Source: Candidatus Methylomirabilia bacterium (GTDB taxonomy: Bacteria > Methylomirabilota > Methylomirabilia > Rokubacteriales > CSP1-6). From it: DNA of 15,137 nucleotides. A program made the translations under genes and the position numbers. The stretch covers positions 1 through 15,137 of the forward strand of contig JBGQEL010000102.1 of the NCBI GenBank assembly GCA_041496385.1. The letters run 5' to 3'. Under the pieces are notes generated by a model. The model saw only the letters and a program-made list of their open reading frames with translations, did no database searches and had not been told where the DNA came from. Within the stretch, counting starts at the first letter, position 1. Each line of letters begins with the position of its first letter. Positions 1 to 9,025 of this stretch are shown here, in pieces.

Positions 1-1056
1 GATCCCTTCGGGGGCGAGCTCGTGAACGGCGAGGTGTGGGGGCGCGGCGCGATCGACATGCTGAACCTCACCGCGTCTCAGGCCGTCGCGCTCAAGGCGC
101 TGGCCCGGCGCGGATGGCGGCCCCGGGGCAGCCTGGTCTACCTGGCGTGCGCCGACGAGGAGGCCGGCGGCGCGCTCGGCGCCGGGCACGTCTGCAAGCG
201 GCACTGGGACGCGCTCCGCGCGGACTATCTGTTGACCGAGAACGGCGGCACGGTCAGCGCGCGCGATGACGGGCTGAACGTCACCGTGCACGTCGGCGAG
301 AAGGGCGTGGCCTGGCGCCGGCTGCGCGTGCAGGGCACGCCGGGCCACGGCTCGATGCCGTACGGCGCGGACAACGCGCTCGTCAAGGCCGCGCACGTCG
401 TGACACGTCTTGCGGACTACCGGCCCGCGCCATACGTCGACGACCTGTGGCGCGCCTTCGTCCAGGCGCTCGACCTCGACCCGGCCGTGAAGGTCGCCCT
501 GGCCGATCCCGCCCGCGTCGACGAGGCGATCGCCGGGCTCCCCGCGGGCATGGCCAGGTTCGCGTGGTCGGCCACGCACACGACGTTCTCGCCGACCATG
601 TGCCGCGGGGGCGTGAAGACCAACGTCATCCCCGACGTCGTGGACATCGAGGTGGACATCCGGACCATCCCAGGCGACAACGAGGACGAGGTGCGCCGGC
701 ATCTCGACAAGGCCCTCGGCGATCTCTCGGAGGACGTGGCGGTCGAGAAGCTCTTCTCCAAGCAGGCCTCGGTGTCGCCCACGGGCACACCGCTCTGGGA
801 CGTGCTGGGCCGCGTCGTCGACGCGCACTACCCGGGCGCGAAATTGCTGCCGCGCCTGATCGTCGGCTTCACCGACGCGCCCTACTTCCGCGAGCACGGC
901 GCGGTCGCCTACGGCTTCGGCCTGTTCTCGCGCGCGCTCACGGCCGAGGCGATGTCCGGGCGCTTCCACGGCAACGACGAGCGCGTCGACGTGGCGTCGC
1001 TCGCGCTCACCACCCAGGCCTGGCTCGACACCTGCGAGCTGTTCCTTGGGTCGTAG
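1..1056 (+). CDS. M20/M25/M40 family metallo-hydrolase (peptidase/deacylase), 5'-truncated by the window edge
   Basis: Frame is open from base 1 ([20 protein letters not shown]). M20 motifs: GRGAxDM, ADEEAGG, GHGS in the dimerisation domain, NVIP, GFTDA, C-terminal HGNDER. The first metal-binding HxD motif lies upstream of the window. Stop TAG at 1054-1056. Confidence 0.9.
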   Translation, partial: DPFGGELVNGEVWGRGAIDMLNLTASQAVALKALARRGWRPRGSLVYLACADEEAGGALGAGHVCKRHWDALRADYLLTENGGTVSARDDGLNVTVHVGEKGVAWRRLRVQGTPGHGSMPYGADNALVKAAHVVTRLADYRPAPYVDDLWRAFVQALDLDPAVKVALADPARVDEAIAGLPAGMARFAWSATHTTFSPTMCRGGVKTNVIPDVVDIEVDIRTIPGDNEDEVRRHLDKALGDLSEDVAVEKLFSKQASVSPTGTPLWDVLGRVVDAHYPGAKLLPRLIVGFTDAPYFREHGAVAYGFGLFSRALTAEAMSGRFHGNDERVDVASLALTTQAWLDTCELFLGS

Positions 1057-1081
1057 GACACCCCGAACCGACGGGGGCACG

Positions 1082-4000
1082 TTGAAGTCGACCAGCAAAG
1101 CCGAGCTCGCCGCCCAGGTCGCAGCGCTGCGGAAATCGCTCGCTCGCGAGAAGGCGAAGCGGGCGAAGCTCGAGCGCACGGTGAGGGAAGCGCTGGAGCA
1201 GCAGGCGGCGACGGCCGAGGTTCTCCGCGCGATCTCCGCCTCGCCGACCGACATCGGGCCGGTCCTCGACACCCTCGTCCGCGCCGCGGCACGCTTCTGT
1301 GGCGCGCCGGACGTCGCGATCCTCCGCCTCGACGGCGACGTCCTCCGTGGCGGTGCCGCGGTCGGCCCGTTCGGGGACGAGCTGGCGCGACGGGCGGGAG
1401 GTATGAAGGCGCTCGAGTACCCGGTGACCAAGGGGTCTGTCACCGGACGCGCCGTCCTGGAGGGTCGCGTCGTCCACGTCCATGACCTCGCCGCCGAGCC
1501 CGAGGACGGGTTCCCCGTCGGTCGCGAGCTCCAGCGCCGGTTCGGGCACCGCACCATGGTCGCCGCCCCCCTGCTGCGCGAGAGCGCGCCGCTCGGCGCG
1601 ATTGCGCTGTTCCGGACCGAGGTCAGGCCCTTCTCGGACAAGCAGCTCGCGCTGCTCCGGCTCTTCGCCGACCAGGCCGTGATCGCCATCGAGAACGCGC
1701 GGCTGCTCAGCGAGCTGCAGGCCAAGAACGCCGATCTCACCGAGGCCCTGGAGCAGCAGACGGCCACCGCCGAGATCCTCCGCGTGATCAGCCGCTCGCC
1801 GACTGACGTTCAGCCGGTCTTCGACGCGATCGCCGAGAGCTCGGTGCGTTTGTGCAGCGCCGACTACGGGAGTGCCATCAGGCTCGAGGGCGATGTGATT
1901 CACCTCGTCGCGCAACACGGCCAGACGGCTCAGTGGCTCGAAACGGCCAGCCGGCTCTTCCCGCACCCATTGACGAGGGATTTGATCGGCGGCGTGGCGA
2001 TGCTGGACCGTGAGGTCGTGCACCTGGAGGACGTGCAGAACGATACGCGATTCCCGGCGAGCCAGGCTCTGGCCCGAACCATGGGGTACCGCGCAGCCCT
2101 GAGCGTCCCGATGCTTCGGGACAACGGGCCTGTTGGCGCCATCGTGGTGTTTCGCCAGGAGGGTCGGCCATTCACCGAGGCGGAGATCGGACTGCTGCGA
2201 ACATTCGCCGACCAGGCGGTCATCGCCATCGAGAACGTCCGGCTGTTCAAAGAGCTGGAGGCGCGCAACAGCGAGCTGCGGGTCGCGCTGGAGCAGCAGA
2301 CGGCGACGAGCGAGCTGCTCAAGGTGATCGGCCGGTCCACCTTCGACCTCCAGCCGGTCTTCGAGACGCTGGCCGAGAACGCGGTCAGACTCTGCGAGGC
2401 CGAACGCGCGTTCATTTTTCGCTTCGATGGGCGGGTTCTGCGAGGGGTGGCCAGTCACAATGCCTCCCCCGAGCTCACGGCATTCGTCGAGCAGAACCCC
2501 ATCGCGCCCGGGCGCCACACCGGCGCGGCACGCGCCGCGCTCGAACGGCGCACGATCCACATCCACGATGTCCGAGCCGACCCCGAGTACAACTATGCTG
2601 GGCAGGTGGACCCTTATCGAACCCTGATCGCGATCCCCATGCTCAGAGCCGACGAACTGCTAGGGGTCATCATCGCCCACCGACACGAGGTCCGACCGTT
2701 CACCGACAGTCAGATCGCCCTGATGGAGACCTTCGCCGACCAGGCCGCGATCGCCATCGAGAACGCGCGGCTGCTCACCGAGCTCCAGGCCAAGAACGCC
2801 GACCTCTCCGAGGCGCTGGAGCAACAGACGGCGACGAGCGAGATCCTGCGCGTGATCTCCGGCTCGCCGACCGATGTCCAGCCCGTGTTCGACGCGATCG
2901 TCCGGAGCGCCCAGGCGTTGACCGTTGCCGACACCAGCGCCGTGTACAGTCTCCAGGGTGAAACCGTGAACGTCGATGCCGCCCAGGGCGTGTCTCCCGA
3001 GCCGATGGCCATATGGCGGGCGCAGTATCCGCGAGCCGCGAGTCCGGACACCGTGATCGGTCGGGCGATCCTCGAACGTCGGGCTGTGCACGTGCCGGAC
3101 ATGGAGACGAATCCCGACTACAGCACCGCGCCCGGGCGGCTCATCAGGGTTCGTACGGTTCTGGGTATTCCGATGCTCCTCGATGGCCAGCCCATCGGCG
3201 CGATCGGCGTGTGGCGGATGGAGGTCAAGCCGTTCAGTGACAAGCAGATCGAGCTCCTGAAGATCTTCGCTGACCAGGCGGTGATCGCTGTCCAGAACGT
3301 CCGCCTCTTCAAGGAACTGGAGGCGCGTAACAGCGAGCTGCGGGGTGCGCTCGAGCAGCAGACGGCGACCAGCGAGCTGCTCAAGGTCATCGGTCGGTCC
3401 ACGTTCGACCTCCAGCCGGTCTTCGAGACGCTGGCCGAGAACGCGATCAGGCTGTGCGAGGCGAAACGCGCGATCGTCTTCCGCTCCGACGGTCAAGTAC
3501 TGCGAGTCGTGGCCACCCACAACGCCTCCCCCGAACTCAGAGGATTCCTCGAGCGAAACCCCATCGCTCCTGGACGCCACAGCGGCGCAGCGCGCGCCGC
3601 CCTCGAGCGCCGCACGATCCACATTCACGACGTCCAGACCGACCCCGAGTACACGTTCGGGGCACGGCAGGTCGAGCCCAGCCGGACCACCCTGGCGATC
3701 CCCATGCTCAGAGCGGACGAGCTGCTCGGCGTGATCCTCATCTACCGTCACGAGGTCCGGCCGTTCACCGACAGCCAGATCGCGCTGATGGAAACCTTTG
3801 CCGACCAGGCCGCGATCGCGGTCGAGAACACGCGACTGTTCAAGGAGCTGGAGGCGCGCACGGCCCAGCTCACGCGCTCGGTGCAGGAGCTGCAGGCGCT
3901 GGGCGAGGTCAGCCAGGCCCTCAGCTCGACGCTCGACCTCGAGACCGTGCTCAGCACGATCGTCTCCCGCGCCAACCAGCTCGCCGGTACTGACTCGTGC

Positions 4001-5938
4001 ACGGTCTACGAATACGACGAGCGGGCCGAGGAGCTCCTCTTTCGCGCGACGCACGATCTCGCCGAGGAAGTGGTGGCCGTGGCCCGGCGCGCGCCGATCC
4101 GCCGGGGCGAGGGTGTCGCCGGGCGCATGGCTGTGACGCTCGAGCCGGTCCAGATTGCCGACATTGCCGAGGCGGGCGCGTACAGCGGCCCCCTCCGCGA
4201 CGTGTTGTTGCAGACAGGAACGCGAGCGCTCCTGGGCATTCCGCTGCTTCGCGAGGGCCACCTGATCGGTGGACTCACCGTCACCAAAGAGACCCCGGGG
4301 GAGTTCTCTCCGGAGATCATCGATCTCCTCAAGACGTTTGCCGCCCAGTCGGCCGTGGCCATCCAGAACGCGCGGCTGTTCCGGGAGATCGAGGACAAGA
4401 GCCGCCAGCTCGAGGTGGCCGACCGCCACAAGTCCGAGTTCCTGGCCAACATGTCCCACGAGCTGCGCACACCGCTCAACGCCATCATCGGCTACAGCGA
4501 GATGCTCCAGGAGGACGCCGCCGATCTCGGCGCCGAGCAGCTCACGGACGACCTCAAGAAGATCAACGCGGCCGGCAAGCACCTGCTGGAGCTGATCAAC
4601 GCCGTGCTCGACCTCTCCAAGATCGAGGCCGGCAAGATGGAGCTGTACCTCGAGAGCTTCGACGTGGCCGGCCTGGTCCGGGATATCGCGGCGGTGATCC
4701 AGCCGCTGGCCGCGAAGAACGCTAACCGCCTGGAGATGCGCTGCCCGGACGAGATCGGCACGATGCGGGCTGACCTGACGAAGGTGCGACAGGCGCTCTT
4801 CAACCTCTTGAGCAATGCCTGCAAGTTCACGGATCGGGGGACGATCTCTCTCTCAGTGGCCCGGGAAGAAACCGACGGACAGGATTCGATGGTCTTCAGC
4901 GTGAGCGACACGGGCATCGGCATGACCCCCGAGCAACTCGCGCGGATGTTCGAGGTCTTCTCCCAGGCCGACGCGGCCACGACGCGCAAGTACGGCGGGA
5001 CCGGACTCGGCCTGGCGCTGAGCCGGCGGCTTTGCCGGATGATGGGAGGCGACGTCACCGCCGAGAGCGAGGCGGGGCGGGGCAGCACCTTCACCATCCG
5101 GCTGCCGGCCGTCGTGGCCGAAGCCGTCGAGGGCCAGGCCGTCGAGGGGCCGACCGCGCCCGCCGTACCCACCGGCCACGTGGCACCGAGCATCGGCACC
5201 GTCCTGGTCATCGACGACGAGGTGGCGGTGCGGGACCTGATGCAGCGCTTCCTCACCAGGGAAGGCTTCCGCGTCGTCACCGCGTCCGGTGGCGAGGAGG
5301 GCCTGCGACGGGCCCGGGAGCTGCGCCCGGACGCGATCACGCTGGACGTCATGATGCCCGGCATGGACGGCTGGGCGGTCCTGTCGGCGCTCAAGGCCGA
5401 CCCCGGCATCGCCGACATTCCCGTCATCATGCTGACGATCGTCGACGACAAGAATCTGGGCTACGCCCTCGGCGCCTCCGACTATCTCACCAAGCCGATC
5501 GATCGCGAGCGCCTCGTCACCGTGCTGAAGCAGCACCGGCGCGACCGCCCCGTGCTCGTCGTGGACGACGACGGGGAAGTCCGTCAGCTTCTTCGCCGCA
5601 TGCTCGAGCCGGAGGGCTACGCGGTGGTGGAGGCGGAGAACGGGCGGCAGGCGCTCGAGCGCCTGCGCGACGTGTCGCCGAGCGTCGTCCTGCTCGATCT
5701 GATGATGCCGGAGATGGACGGCTTCGAGTTCGTCGCCGAGTTCCGCCGCCACGAGGCCTGGCGCGCGATCCCGATCGTCGTCATCACGGCGAAGGACCTG
5801 GCCGGTGACGACCGCGAGCGGCTCAACGGCTACGTCCAGAAGATCCTTCAGAAAGGCACCCACGGCCGCGAGCAGCTCCTGGCCGAAGTGCGCGAGCTGG
5901 TGGCGGCCAGCATCGCCCGCCGGAGGCCGAGGGCCTGA
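1082..5938 (+). CDS. Soluble hybrid sensor histidine kinase: N-terminal coiled coil, 6 GAF domains, HisKA, HATPase_c, two receiver domains
   Basis: Six GAF units ending in F(A)xQAxIA(I/V)(E/Q)NxRL, starting near 1196, 1751, 2291, 2819, 3353 and 3881. H-box [14 protein letters not shown] (His codon 4457), N-box [11 protein letters not shown]1 DTGIGM, F-box FEVFSQAD, G2 GGTGLGL. REC1 LDVMMP (Asp 5345), REC2 LDLMMP (Asp 5696). No hydrophobic TM stretch. Start placed at TTG 1082 (after GGGGG, no overlap with the upstream gene); the ORF track gives 1046, so the start is uncertain. Confidence 0.93.
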   Translation: MKSTSKAELAAQVAALRKSLAREKAKRAKLERTVREALEQQAATAEVLRAISASPTDIGPVLDTLVRAAARFCGAPDVAILRLDGDVLRGGAAVGPFGDELARRAGGMKALEYPVTKGSVTGRAVLEGRVVHVHDLAAEPEDGFPVGRELQRRFGHRTMVAAPLLRESAPLGAIALFRTEVRPFSDKQLALLRLFADQAVIAIENARLLSELQAKNADLTEALEQQTATAEILRVISRSPTDVQPVFDAIAESSVRLCSADYGSAIRLEGDVIHLVAQHGQTAQWLETASRLFPHPLTRDLIGGVAMLDREVVHLEDVQNDTRFPASQALARTMGYRAALSVPMLRDNGPVGAIVVFRQEGRPFTEAEIGLLRTFADQAVIAIENVRLFKELEARNSELRVALEQQTATSELLKVIGRSTFDLQPVFETLAENAVRLCEAERAFIFRFDGRVLRGVASHNASPELTAFVEQNPIAPGRHTGAARAALERRTIHIHDVRADPEYNYAGQVDPYRTLIAIPMLRADELLGVIIAHRHEVRPFTDSQIALMETFADQAAIAIENARLLTELQAKNADLSEALEQQTATSEILRVISGSPTDVQPVFDAIVRSAQALTVADTSAVYSLQGETVNVDAAQGVSPEPMAIWRAQYPRAASPDTVIGRAILERRAVHVPDMETNPDYSTAPGRLIRVRTVLGIPMLLDGQPIGAIGVWRMEVKPFSDKQIELLKIFADQAVIAVQNVRLFKELEARNSELRGALEQQTATSELLKVIGRSTFDLQPVFETLAENAIRLCEAKRAIVFRSDGQVLRVVATHNASPELRGFLERNPIAPGRHSGAARAALERRTIHIHDVQTDPEYTFGARQVEPSRTTLAIPMLRADELLGVILIYRHEVRPFTDSQIALMETFADQAAIAVENTRLFKELEARTAQLTRSVQELQALGEVSQALSSTLDLETVLSTIVSRANQLAGTDSCTVYEYDERAEELLFRATHDLAEEVVAVARRAPIRRGEGVAGRMAVTLEPVQIADIAEAGAYSGPLRDVLLQTGTRALLGIPLLREGHLIGGLTVTKETPGEFSPEIIDLLKTFAAQSAVAIQNARLFREIEDKSRQLEVADRHKSEFLANMSHELRTPLNAIIGYSEMLQEDAADLGAEQLTDDLKKINAAGKHLLELINAVLDLSKIEAGKMELYLESFDVAGLVRDIAAVIQPLAAKNANRLEMRCPDEIGTMRADLTKVRQALFNLLSNACKFTDRGTISLSVAREETDGQDSMVFSVSDTGIGMTPEQLARMFEVFSQADAATTRKYGGTGLGLALSRRLCRMMGGDVTAESEAGRGSTFTIRLPAVVAEAVEGQAVEGPTAPAVPTGHVAPSIGTVLVIDDEVAVRDLMQRFLTREGFRVVTASGGEEGLRRARELRPDAITLDVMMPGMDGWAVLSALKADPGIADIPVIMLTIVDDKNLGYALGASDYLTKPIDRERLVTVLKQHRRDRPVLVVDDDGEVRQLLRRMLEPEGYAVVEAENGRQALERLRDVSPSVVLLDLMMPEMDGFEFVAEFRRHEAWRAIPIVVITAKDLAGDDRERLNGYVQKILQKGTHGREQLLAEVRELVAASIARRRPRA
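2291..2773 (+). repeat. Intragenic repeat copy 1 (GAF3), paralogous to 3353-3838
   Basis: [30 protein letters not shown]...[25 protein letters not shown] recurs 1062 nt downstream. Manual alignment gives about 28 differences in about 162 aa. Confidence 0.9.
3353..3838 (+). repeat. Intragenic repeat copy 2 (GAF5), paralogous to 2291-2773
   Basis: Same protein and nucleotide blocks as GAF3 (e.g. ttcgacctccagccggtcttcgagacgctggccgagaacgcg in both), with one extra codon. Confidence 0.9.
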
Positions 5939-6315
5939 TGGCCAAGATCCTGCTCGTCGAGGACAACGAGATGAACCGCGACATGCTGTCCCGCCGCCTC
6001 GTCAAGCGCGGGTACGACGTGGTCATGGCGCTCGACGGCGAGCAGGGCGTGGCCATGGCGCGCTCGGAGGCGCCCGCGCTGATCCTGATGGACATGAGCC
6101 TGCCCGGGCTCGACGGGTGGGAAGCGACCCGCCAGATCAAGGCCGTGCCGGAGACGCGCAGCATTCCCGTGATCGCGCTCACCGCCCATGCCATGGCCGG
6201 CGACCGCGAGAAGGCCATCGCGGCGGGCTGCGACGACTTCGATACCAAACCGGTCGACCTCGCCCGGCTGCTCGAGAAGATCGAAGCGCTGCTCGGGCGG
6301 CCGGCCGGCCCGTGA
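5938..6315 (+). CDS. Single-domain response regulator (CheY/DivK-like receiver)
   Basis: KILLVEDN, LILMDMSLP (phospho-acceptor Asp), IALTAHAM, TKP. Start overlaps the kinase stop (TGATG at 5936-5940). Confidence 0.93.
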   Translation: MAKILLVEDNEMNRDMLSRRLVKRGYDVVMALDGEQGVAMARSEAPALILMDMSLPGLDGWEATRQIKAVPETRSIPVIALTAHAMAGDREKAIAAGCDDFDTKPVDLARLLEKIEALLGRPAGP

Positions 6316-7871
6316 GCATCGACCCTGCCGCGCAGCTCCGTCACGAGCTGCGCACGCCGCTGAACCACATCATCGGTTACGCCGAGATGCTTCTGGAGGA
6401 ACTGGAGAGCGGCGACAAGCCCGACCTGGCCGCAGGCCTTTCGGCCCTGCGTGCCGACGCTCGCCAGCTCCTGGGACTGCTGAACGAGGTGCTCGCGCAG
6501 GGCCAGACGGGCCCGCCCGACCTCGCCGCCGCGCGCGGCAAGCTGGGCCCGCCTCTCGAGCGCATCCGATTGGCGGGTGAGGCGTTGCACCGTCGGGCGG
6601 CGGAAGCAGGCTCCGGCCCGCTGCTTGCCGATCTGGACCGCATCCGTTCGGCCACCGGCCGGCTCGACGAGCTGTTACGCCACGGTGGCGTACCGCCGGC
6701 TCAGGAGAGCACGCGGCAGGCGGCGAGCGCTGAATCCGGCGCCGCTCAGGCGGCGCGGCACCGCGGCGTCATCCTCGTCGTCGACGACAACGAGGACAAC
6801 CGCGACATGCTCGCCCGTCGCCTCCGACGCCAGGGCTACGAGGTGCTGACCGCGGCGGGCGGACACGTCGCGCTCGAGGCACTCGCGGGGGCGCCGGTCG
6901 ACCTCGTGCTCCTCGACGTCATGATGCCGGACCTCGACGGCTACGCCGTGCTCCAGCGGCTCAAGGCCGACCCGGCCCTTCGCGACATTCCGGTCCTCAT
7001 GATCTCGGCGCTGGACGAGCTGGACAGCGTGGTGCGGTGCATCCAGCTGGGCGCCGACGACTATCTCGGCAAGCCGTTCGACCCTGTCCTCCTGCAGGCC
7101 AGGATCGGCGCGTGCCTGGAGAAGAAGCGCCTGCACGATCAGGAGGCGCGCCATCGCCGCGAGCTCGCTGCGTTCAACGAGACGCTGGAGCGTCGCGTCG
7201 CCGAGCAGGTCGCCCAGCTCGAGCGGCTGGGTCGGCTCAAGCGCTTTTTCTCCCCGCAGCTCGCGGAGCTCATCGTGGCCGGCGGCGCCGACGATCCCCT
7301 CAAGACCCACCGGCGCGAGGTGACGGTCGTGTTCATCGACCTTCGCGGCTTCACGGCCTTCGCCGAGACGGCCGAGCCCGAGGAGCTCATGGGCCTCCTT
7401 CGCGAGTACCACGCGGAGATGGGCCGCCTGATACTGGAATTCGAGGGCACCCTCGAGCGCTTCACCGGCGACGGGATGATGATCTTCTTCAACGATCCGG
7501 TCGAGATTCCCAACCCGGCCGAGCGCGCGATCCGCATGGCCGTCGCCATGCGCGACATCATCGCCGGCCTCGCGGCGCGCTGGCGCAAGCGCGGCTGGGA
7601 CCTGGCCCTCGGCGTGGGGATCGCCCAGGGCTACGCCACCATCGGCGCCATCGGCTTCGAGGGCCGCCTGGACTACGGCGCGATCGGCACGGTGACGAAT
7701 CTCGCGGCGCGCCTGTGCGGCCAGGCGCGAGCCGGGCAAATCCTGATATCGGCCCCTGTGGCGGCGGCCGTGGAGACCATGATCGACGCCGAGGACGTGG
7801 GCCCGATGACACTGAAGGGGATGGCGCGGCCCGTGCCGATCTGGAGCGTGCGCGGCCTGGCGGCCGGATAG
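6312..7871 (+). CDS. DHp(HisKA)-like tandem hairpins + receiver + coiled coil + class III adenylate/guanylate cyclase fusion
   Basis: GTG start overlapping the previous stop (GTGA at 6312-6315). [19 protein letters not shown]-box with no HATPase domain. REC: VVDDNEDN...LLDVMMP...MISA...KP. Cyclase motifs: VFIDLRGFT, RFTGDG, GIAQG, NLAARL, LKG. The 5805 start in the ORF track is an upstream overlap artefact. Confidence 0.9.
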   Translation: MSIDPAAQLRHELRTPLNHIIGYAEMLLEELESGDKPDLAAGLSALRADARQLLGLLNEVLAQGQTGPPDLAAARGKLGPPLERIRLAGEALHRRAAEAGSGPLLADLDRIRSATGRLDELLRHGGVPPAQESTRQAASAESGAAQAARHRGVILVVDDNEDNRDMLARRLRRQGYEVLTAAGGHVALEALAGAPVDLVLLDVMMPDLDGYAVLQRLKADPALRDIPVLMISALDELDSVVRCIQLGADDYLGKPFDPVLLQARIGACLEKKRLHDQEARHRRELAAFNETLERRVAEQVAQLERLGRLKRFFSPQLAELIVAGGADDPLKTHRREVTVVFIDLRGFTAFAETAEPEELMGLLREYHAEMGRLILEFEGTLERFTGDGMMIFFNDPVEIPNPAERAIRMAVAMRDIIAGLAARWRKRGWDLALGVGIAQGYATIGAIGFEGRLDYGAIGTVTNLAARLCGQARAGQILISAPVAAAVETMIDAEDVGPMTLKGMARPVPIWSVRGLAAG

Positions 7872-7880
7872 CATATGCTA
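7869..7880. promoter_or_regulatory. Perfect 12-bp palindrome TAGCATATGCTA containing a -10-like TATGCT, upstream of the ABC operon
   Basis: Directly visible self-complementary AT-rich 12-mer in a GC-rich context, 54 nt before the binding-protein start. Function is inferred. Confidence 0.4.
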
Positions 7881-7883
7881 CGG

Positions 7884-7905
7884 CGGGGCGGGCCGCCTCG
7901 CCCCG
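7884..7905 (+). other. GC-rich stem-loop in the cyclase/ABC intergenic region
   Basis: CGGGGCGGG-ccgc-CTCGCCCCG (9-bp stem including one G-U pair). No U-tract follows, so it is not called a canonical intrinsic terminator. Confidence 0.4.
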
Positions 7906-7933
7906 ACATCCCCAAGGAAGAGGAGATCTCCGT

Positions 7934-9025
7934 ATGAGAGAGCCTGTCTCGACCGCCGTCACGCGGCGGGGCTTCCTGAAAACCGGAGCGCTGGCCGCCG
8001 TCGCGGCGCCGCTCGTGATCCGCGCGCCGTTCGCCGCGGCCGCCACCAAGGTGCACGACTTCCAGACGAACGCCGACGTCGCCAAGGCCGAGCAGGAGGG
8101 CGAGGTCGTCTACTACGGCCACGACGGCGAGGCCGGGATCGGCGTCCTGCTCGACGCGTTCAAGAAGGACTTCCCGAAGATCAAGACCAGCTACGTGCGG
8201 CTGCAGACGGGCGCGCTCTACGCGAAGATCACCGCGGAGCGGTCGGCCGGGCGCTTCGGCGTCGACGTGCTGCAGCTCTCCGACATCTCGCCGGCCATCG
8301 ACTTCCAGAAGAAGGGCGGGTGGGAGCAGTACGCCTCGCCGGAGTACGCCGCGTACAAGGCCGAGCACCAGTCGAGCCCCGCCGGCTACTACGGCTGGGG
8401 CGGCATCTCGTTCGCCGGCATCTGCTACAACCGCGCCCGGGTGAAGCCCGAGCAGGCGCCGAGGACGTGGAAGGACATCCTCAACCCGGCGCTCAAGGAT
8501 GGGATCAGCGCCAAGCTGGCCGCCTCGGGCATGCAGCACGCGCAGTGGTACATGCTCCGCAAGCTCTACGGCAACGACTTCTGGCAGGAGTTCGCCAAGC
8601 AGCGGCCGAAGGGCTTCGACGCGCGCGCCCAGCTCTTCGACCGGCTGTCCAAGGGTGATGATCGTGTCTGCGCGCTCGCCGAGTACGCGGGGTACACGCT
8701 GTTCGCCGAGAAGGGCGCGGACATCGAGTTCGTGGCGCCGGCCGACGGACTGCCGGCCATCTCGATCTACATCGGGGTCGTCAACAAGGCCCCGCACCCC
8801 GAGGCGGCCAAGCTGTTCGTCGACTGGGCCCTGTCCCGGCGCGGCCAGCAGGTGTACCAGAATCAGAAGATCCTGCTCTACGGATCGCTGCGGGCCGACG
8901 CGGGGCCGATGCCGACCGGCAAGCGCCTGTCCGACTTCAAGCTGCTCTTTCCCACGGACTGGAACGACTACGTGGCGAGCCACCCCGTGTTCGTGAAGGA
9001 GTGGAACTCGATCATGGGGTTGTGA
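7934..9025 (+). CDS. ABC transporter substrate-binding protein, Fe3+/thiamine/AfuA-like class, Tat signal peptide
   Basis: Strong RBS (AAGGAAGAGGAG) before ATG 7934. Twin-arginine motif TRRGFLK followed by a hydrophobic region and AxA. Family motifs: [11 protein letters not shown]-x-TWKDIL-x-[21 protein letters not shown]. Confidence 0.88.
   Translation: MREPVSTAVTRRGFLKTGALAAVAAPLVIRAPFAAAATKVHDFQTNADVAKAEQEGEVVYYGHDGEAGIGVLLDAFKKDFPKIKTSYVRLQTGALYAKITAERSAGRFGVDVLQLSDISPAIDFQKKGGWEQYASPEYAAYKAEHQSSPAGYYGWGGISFAGICYNRARVKPEQAPRTWKDILNPALKDGISAKLAASGMQHAQWYMLRKLYGNDFWQEFAKQRPKGFDARAQLFDRLSKGDDRVCALAEYAGYTLFAEKGADIEFVAPADGLPAISIYIGVVNKAPHPEAAKLFVDWALSRRGQQVYQNQKILLYGSLRADAGPMPTGKRLSDFKLLFPTDWNDYVASHPVFVKEWNSIMGL

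Noticed and set aside
1666..3850. Repeats as a CRISPR array or diversity-generating retroelement template/variable repeat
   Set aside because: The repeats are long, in-frame and coding, and differences are not adenine-specific. No cas or reverse transcriptase gene is in the window.
1196..4380. GAF array as phytochrome or cyanobacteriochrome photosensor
   Set aside because: No DIP or DxCF motif and no CH chromophore-attachment motif was seen. The Cys residues present (RLC/RFC) lie at the start of the domains.
1007..4582. Long minus-strand ORFs (1007-2566, 519 aa; 2660-4582, 640 aa) with internal repeats
   Set aside because: Antisense shadows of the GC-rich kinase gene. Their repeats mirror the GAF repeats and they carry no domain motifs.
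6312..7871. Cyclase as a Pycsar/CBASS-type anti-phage system
   Set aside because: No adjacent cNMP-binding TIR or TM effector. The cyclase is receiver-fused within a two-component operon, which points to signalling.
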